64,000 nucleotides of DNA, from assembly GCA_051294375.1 (NCBI GenBank), contig CM119270.1, positions 6,999,279 to 7,063,278 of the forward strand. The letters are read 5' to 3'. Made by a program: the position numbers and the translations under genes. Positions 27,301 to 39,118 of this stretch are shown here, in pieces (the first letter of the stretch is position 1; every line of letters starts with the position of its first letter). This stretch comes from Paraspadella gotoi. Taxonomy: Eukaryota > Animalia > Chaetognatha. A model generated the notes under the pieces. That model made no database searches. It was not told the origin of the DNA and was given only the letters and a program-made list of their open reading frames with translations.

Positions 27301-28570
27301 TACGGACTCAGACTTTGCCCTCTTCAAAAACCCACTCTACGCGGTGAAGGATCACCTGCCCAAGCATAGCATTCGTGACATCCTTCACACGGACTTGGCA
27401 GCAGTTCCCAACAACAACTTTCAAATCCCGCCACGGCAAGAACGCAAAAAGTTTTGCCGTGACGGACTCCTTTTTCCCCACGTGGGCGCGCCCCACGTTC
27501 ACCTATGGTCGCTGTGCTACCTGCGGTGGATCACGCCGTTGGAGATTGTGGCGGGCGGGACCCCGAGCGAGTACCGGCTCCAGAGCATGTACGCCGAGGA
27601 GATCGTCTGCCTGCAGCATAAAATTCAGTGTCTGGAGACGACGGCAGCGGCGGCTTCGTCGTCGTCGGCGGCCGGATCCGGAGGCGGTAGCGGCCCCTCC
27701 GGCGCGCAGACTTATATCTCCAACGCCCCCAACCCTTTCCTTCGTTCGGAGCGCCAGTGGACGTCCTCCAACGCCTCGTCGGCGACGTCGCAGCAGCAGC
27801 AGCATAACAGCAGCGGCGGCGCGTCGTCCACTCAGCCGCAGCAGACTCAACAGCAACCTCAGTCCTTCAAACAGCATTCTTCCTCCGCCTCCCGACGGGC
27901 GATGACTTCCTCCGCGTCTTCCGCTACGATCGCGCCTTCCTCCAACTCCAGCCACGCTCGACAGCACCAGCAACGACAGCAGCAGCATCACAGCGGCGGT
28001 GGCGGGAGTCAGCAGCAGCCGCATCAACAGCAGCAGCAGCGGAACCATGTCGCGACTCACCACCCCTCGTCGACCTCGGCGGGGGTCGGGCCGCACCATA
28101 CCCTCCATCACCACCATCAACAACAACAGCTACAGCAACAACAACTCCAGCAACCCTCTTCCCAAACGCTCACCTCCTCCTTCCCCTTTTCCCATGGGAG
28201 CCTCTTCCACTCGTTGACGACGACGGACTCTTTGAGCGGACTCTCCAACGCCGCCGGCTCCTCCACGTCGGGCGGCGGCGGAGGCGGCGGCGGCGCCGCC
28301 GGAGAAGAGGAAGAGGAGGACGAGGACGAGGAGGACGAGGGAGATCCCGGGATGATGCCGTTGACGAAATACTTCGACTCGCAGACCACCTCCTCTTCCC
28401 ACCACCACCATCCGCATCACCACCACCAACACCACCATCCCCACCACCACCACCATCCGCGCGGTCTCCACGCCCACGAGTTCGACTCGTCGGTCGGCAG
28501 CGAATCGGGACGCGTCTCGCAGGTCTCCACCGACTTTGACGACGTCCACGAGGACGATTTCCAAGAGTGA
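21386..28570 (+). CDS. MTMR10: Myotubularin-related pseudophosphatase (MTMR10/11/12 subfamily), about 1040 aa
   Basis: Exons 21386-21759, 21923-22034, 22437-23111, 25792-25992, 26338-26766, 27239-28570; total 3123 nt (alternative ATG at 21398). PH-GRAM-like N-terminus (GVLYLTNFRIAF), myotubularin core ([51 protein letters not shown]) and SVWDW...FKNPLY (3-PAP-like region). The catalytic HCSDGWDR loop is replaced by RESNGARD. Confidence 0.9.
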
Positions 28571-29159
28571 CTCTCTATTGACTCTCTCACTCTCTCTCTC
28601 TCTCTCTCTCTCTCTCCCGTGGGGAACTGACACGACTGGGACGGGACGGATCTAGACTGACTGGACGTGACCGAGAGGAAGAATGTTTTTTGAAAAAAAA
28701 ATTGAAAGAAATTGAAAAAAAATAACTGTGTGAATCCGCGATTAAAAAATCTATAAAAATACAAAAGAAAAAAAAAGAATTCGAAACGAAAAATAGTATT
28801 TCTTAATTTTTTTTTCTGTTTCGCGCTCAGCTCCGTTGTTGTGGACTTTTATTAGAAAAATCATTTTACGAATGTATTTGGATTTGTTTTACTATTCTAA
28901 TTATTATTTTAGTTCATAATTTATCATAATTTTTCTTAGAGATTTTTTTTAAATGCTCTTTTTTTCCCCATACATTATTAATTCTTAGGTTTTATTCCTC
29001 CTAGTTGCTAACTGATTAATAAGAAAGTCAAGAAATATAGCTATAGATGAAAATGATACAAAATAATTCAATAATTAATGCATACTGAGTCTCCAAAAAC
29101 GCTAATTCATGCATTTGAATCCAATTGATTTTAGTTTTGTTCATCAATTTTTTTTTTAC

Positions 29160-29336
29160 TCGGGTGCGCACCGAGAGTAATATCAGTTTATATATCGGTT
29201 CGTACTGAAAGAATATCGGTTTATATATTGGTGAGAGCTGAGACAATATTAATTAATATATTGTTAAGTACCGAGCGAATATCAATGCGTAATGAGAAAA
29301 TATCCGTTTATATGCCGGTGCGTACCGAAAAATATA
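29160..29336. repeat. Degenerate ~32-bp minisatellite with palindromic core TCGGT(N4)ACCGA
   Basis: Recurrent AATATC.GTTTATAT followed by CGGTGCGTACCGA-like units; about 5 decayed copies. Confidence 0.55.
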
Positions 29337-31178
29337 GGTAATGGCATCAGAAAACGTTAAGTATTAACCCAGTATCACTCATTTAATACCATGGTGATTA
29401 GTCAACTAATCTAGTCTACAAAACACATTATGTGTACATTAATACATATATATCTTCATATGTATTCATGAATGCTACATGTGTGCATGCAGATAGTCGC
29501 TTTGAGAATCTTTTAAAACGGCTAGATAATGCAAAATCTAAATTATTAAAAAAATTAAGATATATGTAATTTTGATTTTCTAAATTGATCTTATTTCATG
29601 ACCTAGCCTAGGCTAATGTTTTCTTTGGTTTTTGGCATTTTCATTTAGGAATTTAAGACTTTATTTGTGATAATTTGCTTGTTCAACATTCCAATTTCTG
29701 CCATAGCATTTTAATTTGGTAAAGCAGAAAAAATATTTATTTTGAAGTTCTACCTTAATATATATAAATTAAGTAATAATTCATTAATAGCTTATTGCAA
29801 AACTAGCTGTTTAACCAAATTATGAAATTGGGGCTAAAACCTGTGCCTGAAAATAGATTTAGAAATTGATCTAGGCAATTTAAATTTGAAGGGTCCAATT
29901 TGCAAAATGAAAATAGTGTTAGAAATGTTAACATTGACTAATTCCTAATATTTAAAAAAATATTTTACGATGTAACGAGACTATATTGCATGCACCCATG
30001 TGTTTGATTAAAACTGCTAAGTCTCCGATGCCATCCCTTGATATTATGTACAACTTATAATGATCAAAACATTCTTTAGTTACTTGGGAGTTAAATTTAG
30101 TTGGATTTTTTTTCCAGTTTTCTTTTGATTCGCTTTTCAATTCGCCATCTTGTGATTAAACCACTCTGGGACGGTTTCCGCCCCGCAGGCCAGTCGTAAC
30201 ATTTGCCGCAAGATCGATTCTCTCTCTCTTCCTCTTCAATTCGCTCTCTGGTTTGTTAAATATTCATTTCAAACAAAGTCATTTTTCTGAATTATTCAAT
30301 TTTTTAATTTCCGTTCTTATGTTCAACGTGGTAACTGAGAAATCGGAAAAGTATGGAAAATTTAAAGAAATAAGATTGCCAAGCAGATTACCTTTGTTTT
30401 TTTTTTTAAATACGGATTTCATCTCCTTAATCGCGTAAATAGTCTATTGGTTCCATATTTGTTGCTCATCCAAGGAAAGCCAATTTAGAAAAAAGAAATT
30501 CCCTTTACTCCCCTAACCTAAGTAAGCAGGTTTAGAATGGTGTACAATTTTTCTTTTAGAGATATTTGAACCTAATGTAATGTTCCCTTTTCTACAAAAT
30601 TGTGATTCATTTTTTGTTTTGCCAACCTCTTTTTTAATTAATTTCTCGATTATTTTTTTATTTTCCAACATTCCATATTAATTTTTCCGTTGCACTTATA
30701 AGTTTCTCTTCGAACTTCTATGGGCATAGAATTCATTCCAATAGTATTGACATTTATAGCAGAAAACGACCCAGAGCTGATTTAAAAATAAAGAATCAAA
30801 GGAACACTATTCCAAAATAAAGAGGTCATATTCTACACTATAACTATCGCGAAGATCGCTGCAACTAGTACATCCTAGTCATTATGTAGTTTCCCGATTA
30901 AAAAACAAAAAAACAAAACAAAACAAACTGCTTCGTAAAAGTGATTCACAGTGTCCCCACCCCTTCCCCAAAAATTAAAAGGCCAGAACATCGTTTTTTC
31001 ATTGTGATTATATACAAACGAAAATCGGTTTACACAGTGATATCTGTAAGAACGGTTCTACTATCCCGGGGACATTGGAAATCACTAGAACTAGAAAAAA
31101 AAACCAACCCAAATGTTAGTTCTTAGATCAGGCAGTATTAAAGCACCTGTTATCTTATTACTCATTCAAGAACCGTTT

Positions 31179-31278
31179 GAACGATTTCAACCAATGCGGG
31201 GGCGTTAAGTTTTTTCTTCTTATTATTTTTTTCTTTTTCGAAAAAAAAAGACGCCCCCGCTCGGTGGAAATCGGTCAA
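31179..31278. repeat. Inverted repeat (about 29-bp arms), MITE remnant
   Basis: TTGAACGATTTCAACCAATGCGGGGGCGTT pairs with GACGCCCCCGCTCGGTGGAAATCGGTCAA around a T-rich/A-rich spacer. Confidence 0.7.
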
Positions 31279-31802
31279 GTTACGATTCGAAAAACAAAAA
31301 AAAAAAAGAAGAAAAAAAAAATAGAAATGCCGTAAGGACATAGATTTATCAGGATTTAACTATGCTTGTAATTGAAATTGTTTGTTGCATTTTACAATTG
31401 TTAGTGAACTCTGTGACCGAATTTTTCTCAGTCGTTTTTTAGGTCGAGTTCTCCTCCCTTCCCCTCCTTTCCCCCCGCTTAGGTTTCTAATTTTTCTCGA
31501 ATCCATCTTTCGATCGTTTTGGTCACTCGAGAGGTAGATTTTTTTTTTCTGTTTACATTCATGCATTGTGAGTAATAAAAAAAATTGATATTGTTGACTC
31601 ATACTATAACCTGATATTTATTTTACCTTGTTTAAAAAAAAAAATTACTGCTGTTTCATTTATAGTTTATGTTTACCAATGTAAGATCTCTCTCTCTCTG
31701 TCACCAAAAGACTTTGTAGGAGGAAAACTAAATATATATTAATAAATAAAAAAAATTGTCTGACCAAAAAAGCAGAACACACTGTTAAAAAAATACTTTA
31801 CG

Positions 31803-31931
31803 TTACTTAGTTTTAACGGCGGTTCTGGAATCTTTAATGGGGTACTACGGTTTTTATCAGTTGTATTGGTTTTTTGTTGATTATTATTAATTTTCTTTTT
31901 TTTCTGAGAACCCCAGTGTTAAACTAAGCAA
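31803..31931. repeat. Inverted repeat (about 24-bp arms), MITE remnant
   Basis: TTACTTAGTTTTAACGGCGGTTCT versus AGAACCCCAGTGTTAAACTAAGCAA. Confidence 0.5.
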
Positions 31932-32933
31932 TATATCTGCCATAGTTATATAGTTGGTATTATATTGGGTAATTCCGTCGAGCCGGTTCTACGGTGGGAA
32001 TCGCTCAATCCGCCGGTAAAAATGCTAATAATCAAATAAAAAAAATTCTTCATTGTGAAAAACCAAGTCTTTTTTTCTTCTTATCGTAGCTAGGAGGAAA
32101 AATAACTATTTAGCCTTGAAAATAAAGTTAGGCTAGAAATCTACTATGAAATTAGATTCAATAGGGGCGGCCGGGCGGGGGTTCAAAACTTTAGTCTTGA
32201 AGTCTACTTTCAGGTAAAAAAGAATTTTTAAAAAAAGTTTGACTTTAATGCTTTTATTGTTGCTATCAAAATTACAATATTACTATATAATGATAAAAAA
32301 TTTTTAAAATTAATCTTGACCTTTGATGGATTCTGATAGAGCATAAAAAGTTAAATAAAAAAAAATAACTACAACTTTCAAAAATTCTTATGTTTTCTTG
32401 GTCAAAAATTTGGTAATAAAATTATCGAAAGAAGATGATGATGATGATTATTAATAGTTTTTCATATTTTTCACTCACTTATGATCAAAATATCGAAAAA
32501 AGAATTATACTTTTTGCAAGCTTCCTGAATCTGGGCTTAAAAATAAAAATAAAAAAAAAATAAAAATTTTAGCCTTTCCTATTTATAAATAAATATTAAA
32601 AAATTAATATATGGGGTATGGAGTAATATTAAAATTTTTTGTCTATTCAAATTTGTTAAAAAATGTTAAAATTTTCGTTTGAGTAGGTGCTTGATTCAAA
32701 TTTCTTAACCACCTTACTGAGTTAGGCTACTCCTAGTTAGGCCATCACTGCGTCAGAATTGAAAATCTTATAGCCAGAAAATCTTTCCTTATTAACAAAA
32801 ATATTCACTTTAAACATTAGTTTTAACCCATATTTTCCCACATGAAGAAGAAGGTTGTGAACGCCATTCAGATGGAAATTTTTTTGGACTTAATTTCACT
32901 GCTAATTGACAGGACACATATAAAAATGGGTAA

Positions 32934-33347
32934 AATTTGAATTTCGCCGACTGGGGTTTTGGCTCCTTTTAAAAAAAAATTAGGGTTATTTTTATTTTCG
33001 CCGACCGGGGTTAAGGAGGGGTTAGGGTTAAGGGTAATTTAGGGGTGGTTAAGGGTGGTTAGGGTTAAGAGGGTTTAGGGTTAGGATAATTGGGTACTAT
33101 TTTTTTATTTTTAAATATTTTTTTAAAAGCCGCCATAACCGCGGTTGGCGAAAGTAAAATTTAGCCAAAAATTATTTTTAAAAAAATCAAAAAAAGGGGT
33201 TAGGGTTGTTTAGGGGTGATTAGGGTAAAGACTTAAGAGGGTTTAGCGTAAGGGTAATTGAGAATATTTAAAAAAAAAAATAAAAAAATAAATGTTTTCA
33301 AGTGGTTTTTCAAGACGCCAAAACTCTGATCGCGAAAGTAAAAATTT
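32934..33347. repeat. Composite repeat with inverted arms and degenerate TTAGGG-like G-tracts
   Basis: TTTCGCCGAC(T/C)GGGGTT twice, inverted CGGTTGGCGAAAGTAAAATTT, and two GGGTTAGGG-rich blocks (about 33007-33095 and 33196-33261). Confidence 0.65.
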
Positions 33348-33541
33348 TAACAAAAAGGATTGAGGGACAAATATATGAATATATATATATATATACGAAT
33401 TTATTAGAAAAATCTCTAAGGAATTATTATATTTCATAACCGATCTTCAATGAGAACGTAATATTGGTTGCATTTTATGATGGTGTCATCGATTCGGCTC
33501 TGTTCTGTCGGAGTAAGTCGAAGGAGGAAGAGGCGAGTTTA

Positions 33542-33555
33542 ATCTCTATGGAAAC
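33542..33555 (+). promoter_or_regulatory. RFX X-box upstream of enkurin
   Basis: ATCTCTATGGAAAC fits RYYNYYATRRNRAC and ends about 130 bp before the enkurin ATG; ciliary genes are established RFX targets. Confidence 0.65.
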
Positions 33556-33687
33556 GATCGAGTAAAACAAAATCCAGAAATCTCTCTGCGCTTTTCTCGA
33601 CTAAACCTATTTTTACTCCTCCCAAAATTTAATAAATAAACCAACTATCATTCGATTAGAATAAAAATAATTGATAAATCAATAAAA

Positions 33688-36600
33688 ATGGCCGCCACGG
33701 AAAGCATATACAATTTAATTCCTAAAGAAAAAGTTTTAGTGAACAAGAACCCTGTTTACGTTTCCAAATCGCGTGACATGGTCAAAAACGAGAGTCAGAC
33801 TTCTAAGAAAGACCACAAAACTATGGGGTAAGGCGATCGATTGTGATCCTCGAATCGCAATCGTGATTTCCCAAATACTTTACCGGAACTAGACGAGTTT
33901 AAAACTCGACTAAGTAATAAGTATGTACTTTCCAAGAATGTACATTCTTTCTAGAGTTTTGAACTATAGGGTATTAACTTTTATAATTCAAGGAAATTCG
34001 TCGATATAAATATAACGTTTTTACATTCATTATCCTATTTGTTCTTAGAATTGAGTCTTTATCCAAATGTAAAGGCTACCGAAATTCCATTTCTGGAAGT
34101 CAAATATACCTCTAGTCCTTGACTCGTCTGTCTAGTTTTGTCAGATTCGCCATGTTTTTAAACTTAATAGCATTTAAATGTTTAGAAACTTAAATCTCTA
34201 GAGTTAAAGAAAAGAAAGGTAAAACAGAATTAAAAAAATATTTACTTTTGATAAATTTAGGAAAAATTAATTATTTTTCAAATTTAAAGAGCAAAACATC
34301 AAATCTTAAGATATAAGAATAAAAATAAAAGTGACGGTTTTCGCTAAAACCTTCTTACCCATTATATGCAAATTAAACTGTGAGCCAGAACTGATGGCGC
34401 TAATAAAATCGCTGCCATTCTTCTATGTATTAAGGTATATTCACCCTGATGGTTTTATAAGGTAGAAAAATCACTGACGTTTTATGTGTATCAATTTCAA
34501 TTTAATAACCTACTGTTTACTATGTAAATTTAAAATTTTATGAAGCATATTTAAATATCAAAATCGTCGGTTTGAATCTTCCACCAAAAATTCCACGTGA
34601 TGATTACATTCAATTCTAATAAAATTTTCGTCTCATCTTGGATGCTGAAGTTAAACGTATACGTTAATGAGAACCAGAAGCACTAAGTTCTAGAAAAATA
34701 AGAACGGTAGTTCCAACGTGTAGCGCCACAGTGACTTTATTTTCATGTGTATTTCCCTTTGATGATATGACAATTTTTTTTTTTTGCCCGCATCAAAATT
34801 GCGTCTTTTATTCTTTATAGTTTTAGGAATTCCTGAAGGCGGTGCTAGCAGTCCCTTAAATCTGAGGTTTTTTCTGTCTTAACAAATGAGCACTCAACTA
34901 TAAGCAGATTATATGCAGTTTTAACGTAAGTGGGATAGAACGACCGACCGACAAGTGACAGAGTTGCTCCATGAGTACTCGCGGCGCAACTAAAAAGGTT
35001 TTGGCCGCTTATGATCAGGCAATTTAAGCTTTCAGTTTCAACAAATTCATGGAATCTCGGATTGTTAAAAAAATTGTCAGATTTTGAAAATCCACCAGCT
35101 TGTGGAAAGGTTTACCCTGGATAACCGGGGCTCCTAAGTTCAGATTTTGGAGGAGTAGGGCTGACGAGAGGCTGAACGAACTGTATTAAAAAGATGGTTG
35201 TGGCAGTATGGTACATCAAGATGATTCAAAACAAATGGAATCAACCTTCTCAACAACAACACTTTTTTACTAGCTCTCATTAAGCCTAGACATCTTTATT
35301 TCATTTTTTGTACTTGGGGTTTTACCAACAAATCTAATTAATGTTACCCCAGTCGTTAACTTCACTGAGTCAGATTGTAGAAGCAAATATGCAGCAGATT
35401 ACTGGCGCTTTTTTTTTCTCAATCCTAAATTTTAGAAATAAAAATTTATGAGCATACACTAAGTCAGTTTTGCATAAATCTCGTACTTTTGATGGAAAAG
35501 TCCTTGATGTTTTTAAAATAACATATAATAAGTTAACTTTTATTAAGTAGTTTCGGTGTAATAAATTTTTAATTTGTGCCATACGTTTTGGGTCACGGGG
35601 TAAGTTTTAGACCAAGAAAGAGAAAAAGAAATGAAGGATTAGAGAAAACTAAACAAATTTAACTTATTACACAACTTGAAAGATTTAAAATTGTTTTCAT
35701 TTTGAATTTGTATGGATTTTTTATAATACAGAAATTTGGTTGTGGTTGTCATTGTTTACCCTATAGTAACTTTTTTCTTTTGCTCGCCTCTCAGTTACGA
35801 GAAAACGCCTTTGCGAAGCAGCAAGGAGTTTTTAAAGAAGCGAGAGAAGGAACCGATTCTTCCGGAGAAGAAGGTATTTACTTACCCTGACGCTGGAAAG
35901 GCCAAACCCCCGGTGCCGAGGAACGGCGACTATCCGCCTATGGGGTTTAAGGTAAATTTGGCAGTCGCGTTATTTCGCATTCATTTAAAATGATTTTTTC
36001 AATACCCCCTACTCTCCTCTTTGTACCCTCAGACGACGACGGACTTTGTCACGGGTAACGCCGTGAAGGCGATTGCGTCAGAGCCACGCCCACCGCGTCG
36101 TGTCTACGTCGATACGAAAAACGGAGACAAAAACGACCTTGCGCCTTCGGGCCTCGCGCCTGTCTTTGTTAACAAGAAGAAATATGGGCAGACTCCCGGT
36201 TAGAGTGGGGCGAAGCGGATAAGCCGTAAAGGAAATGATAGGTTAGGAAGACGTATTTACGTAACTTAATACAAACAGGTTACATCACGAAGCGCAACGA
36301 GGACATGAGAAGAGCGAAGGACGACTACGACGCTTACGTGGAGGAGACCTTTCGACGACGGGCAGCAACGGTGCTGCCAGAAGACGAGAAACAGGCAAGA
36401 GGGCGTTAAGAAAATTATAACTTTCACGCGTTTGCTCGATAGTAATCCAATCGGCACATGGAGGTTGAATATTCTTTGCATCATTACAACTGATCATCTT
36501 AAATTCGTTTATCAAGTCTTCGCTCTTTACGACAGATTTTGTTTTCTCGTTTCGATTCTTTAGCTCGCGCCAAGTTTCTTTTCTCATTTGACGCTTTGTT

Positions 36601-36801
36601 TTAACGCTTTGTCCCGTTCAGGAGCTTCTTCATGGTCTGAAGACAAATTGGGAGCGCGCTCACCACGACTACCAGGGCCTCTCGCTCGTCACGGACACAG
36701 AGCACAAGCGGCAGCGGAAGGAGAAGCTGGAGGGGATCATGAAGCAGTTGGAGAGAGACATCGACATCCTGGAAAAGCATCACACCATCTACGTCGCATG
36801 A
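33688..36801 (+). CDS. ENKUR: Enkurin (ciliary/flagellar microtubule inner protein), about 252 aa
   Basis: Exons 33688-33827, 35795-35951, 36033-36198, 36279-36394, 36622-36801; total 759 nt. The translation MAATESIYNLIP...KTMG...YVDTKNGDKNDLAPSGLAP...YGQTPGYITKRNE...LHGLKTNWE...KQLERDIDILEKHHTIYVA is colinear with enkurin. The last intron is GC-AG. Confidence 0.93.
34695..34996 (-). mobile_element. HINE/DINE-like element, copy 2 (enkurin intron 1)
   Basis: Reverse complement of 2847-3178 along its whole length (shared blocks such as CTATCCCACTTACGTTAAAA, GCTCATTTGTTAAGACAG, CCTAAAACTATAAAGAATAAAA). Carries a terminal hairpin AGTTGC..GAGTACTC..GCAACT. Confidence 0.7.
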
Positions 36802-39118
36802 GACCGTCAAAAACCGATGTTACCAAAAACTGCTAGGGAAGTTATTTATATTGTAAATTAGTAATGAAAAATAATTTAAAATTGATTAAAAAAATATTTT
36901 ATCATTATATAGTAATATAAAAATTTTGATAGTAACACGAAAAGCATTAAAAATTAACTGTTTTAACTACCTGAAAGTAGACATCAAAACTAAAGTTTTG
37001 TAACCACTCCCCTTCTGATTTTAATTTCATAGTAGATATCTACGGGCAGAGGGATATTCTTTACGAAAATGCCTCAAATGCTGTAGTTTATACTATCCTG
37101 CAAACTATCCCTTATTGAAAAAACAGCTGTACGATTACTACGATTAGTCTGATCTGACGATATGAAAAATGAACTCTTTCATACATTACATTTCAAAGTC
37201 GAAATATGGATTTTCTACTTCAGTCTTGAAGAATTTAACTTTTCCTTTTTTTCAAAATCAAGATGTTACTTTGCCTTCACCTCCCAGACGGTGACAATTA
37301 TATGTATTATGTTTTTTTTATTGCTACTATTTCTGCACATAATTTTTTTTAAACAACAATTCTTAATGTACATGCAGCTGAGAGAACTGATTTTTTAAAA
37401 ACCTAGTTTCATTGGATATCTGGGTATCATGCATAAAATTCATTCCACACCGACAAGCTGTTGACAAAAAGTCAATCAGTTTGGTAAACGAAACTAAATA
37501 GCTAGAGCTCGCTAATATCATCATTGCGTTAACATTGTTCATTTTCCTGACAGTGGCTGATACTTGTTCCTTGCATTGCAAAAAAAATCAGCTTACGAAA
37601 GCAATCTTGCTTTGTGATAATGTTGTTTAATGTGATACTTTGATAAGAATCGGGTCAATGTTAAATTACATTCATAAATCTTAAAACCCCAGTCTACTAA
37701 TTAACACTTTACAGAAGCATCTGCAATGAAACATGGCCCATCATCAGTTGAAAAAATAAGAAGAAAAAACCCGGCTATTTTACATGAAATTTACAGTTCA
37801 TCAGTTGTATAAAACAGTTAATGCATAGATCCGACGTTGCGTGAATCTAAAGTGTATTCTGTTGTCTAACTTTTCATTTAAATACAGACAAATATCTCTC
37901 TGTATGTACATAAAGAGTCACTTTGTGAAAACGTAAATGAATGATTTATCAGAAGCTACCCCCATCTATAATAACAAATAACAGACGAGCCTGCGGTGAA
38001 AGTTTTTACAAAAATCGTCTAACTACATCTGTATAGTAAATTAAACTGACCTGCGAACAAGTTTTTCTTCAAATCACAACAGACAACAAAAAACTCCGCA
38101 ATACAATAAAAATTCCTTTATGGCACGTGGACGAATAAACCGGATACTACATCCTTACGATGTCGGAAAAGAATTTACAAATATGTACGCGTTTCAAATA
38201 AATAGCGTGAACATGCTTCGACGACGCATTAATCGTTTCAGTTTGTGCTCAATGTTTTTTATTAACATATATAATTTATATATATTTTTCGTTGAATGTT
38301 TTTCCCTCATAACATCAATGTTATCCGATCGAAACGATAACGAAAAAATTATGTGTATGTGTACGTAAAATCCGGGAGAGGGATTGGGGGAAGATAGACC
38401 AAAGGAAAAAAAGGAATCTTGAAACAGACAGTCCTCACTGTACAGACTAGATTTCGGGAGAGGGCACTTTGCACCTTTAAAATATCGACTTCGAGTCAGA
38501 CGTCGATTGGGGAAAATGGGGGGGGGGAAGGGCGAGGAGCGAAATTGAAAAGGTGTGGTTTAGGTGTGAAAAAATATTGATTAAAGAAATCGCGAGCGAC
38601 GAATCGGATGTAGAACTATCAAGTATAAGTGAAAAAAAATTGTGAGAAATGCTGGAAATTGTGACCCTGATTTGGGAAAAGAGAGAGAAGGGGGGAAGAG
38701 AGGAGACGTGGGAAAGAGCGAAGGGCGGGAATAATCACCCTCCGTAATGGGTCAATTCAAGGTTTAGAACGGACAAAATCCGAGGAAGAATAACAAAGAA
38801 AAAACTGGTAGAAATGCCTTTTTTTGCCATAAAAAATCAGCGATAAAAATGCGTAGCAGTCAACAAACACCCTTTTAAAAACTTTTATCGGTTTTGTTTG
38901 GGTTTTTTTTTTTGTAATCTGATAAAACAATGAAACGATGAACAAACACTGCTACCAACGAAAATGTAATAGACAATAAATCTTGAACAAAGAAAAAACA
39001 AACAAACATTAGCTAAGAGACTTCCGGTACAATATTTTTTTTCTTTTCCCTGTCGGTCCGGCTAGAGACGTAAAATAAGCGCCCTCAGCAGCCCCAGTCA
39101 CCCTTCCATCTGCTTCGT

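Noticed and set aside
35161-35182. CTGACGA...CGAA as a hammerhead ribozyme core
   Set aside because: No stem II pairing and no GAAA; other CTGATGA hits in the window also lack the flanking stems.
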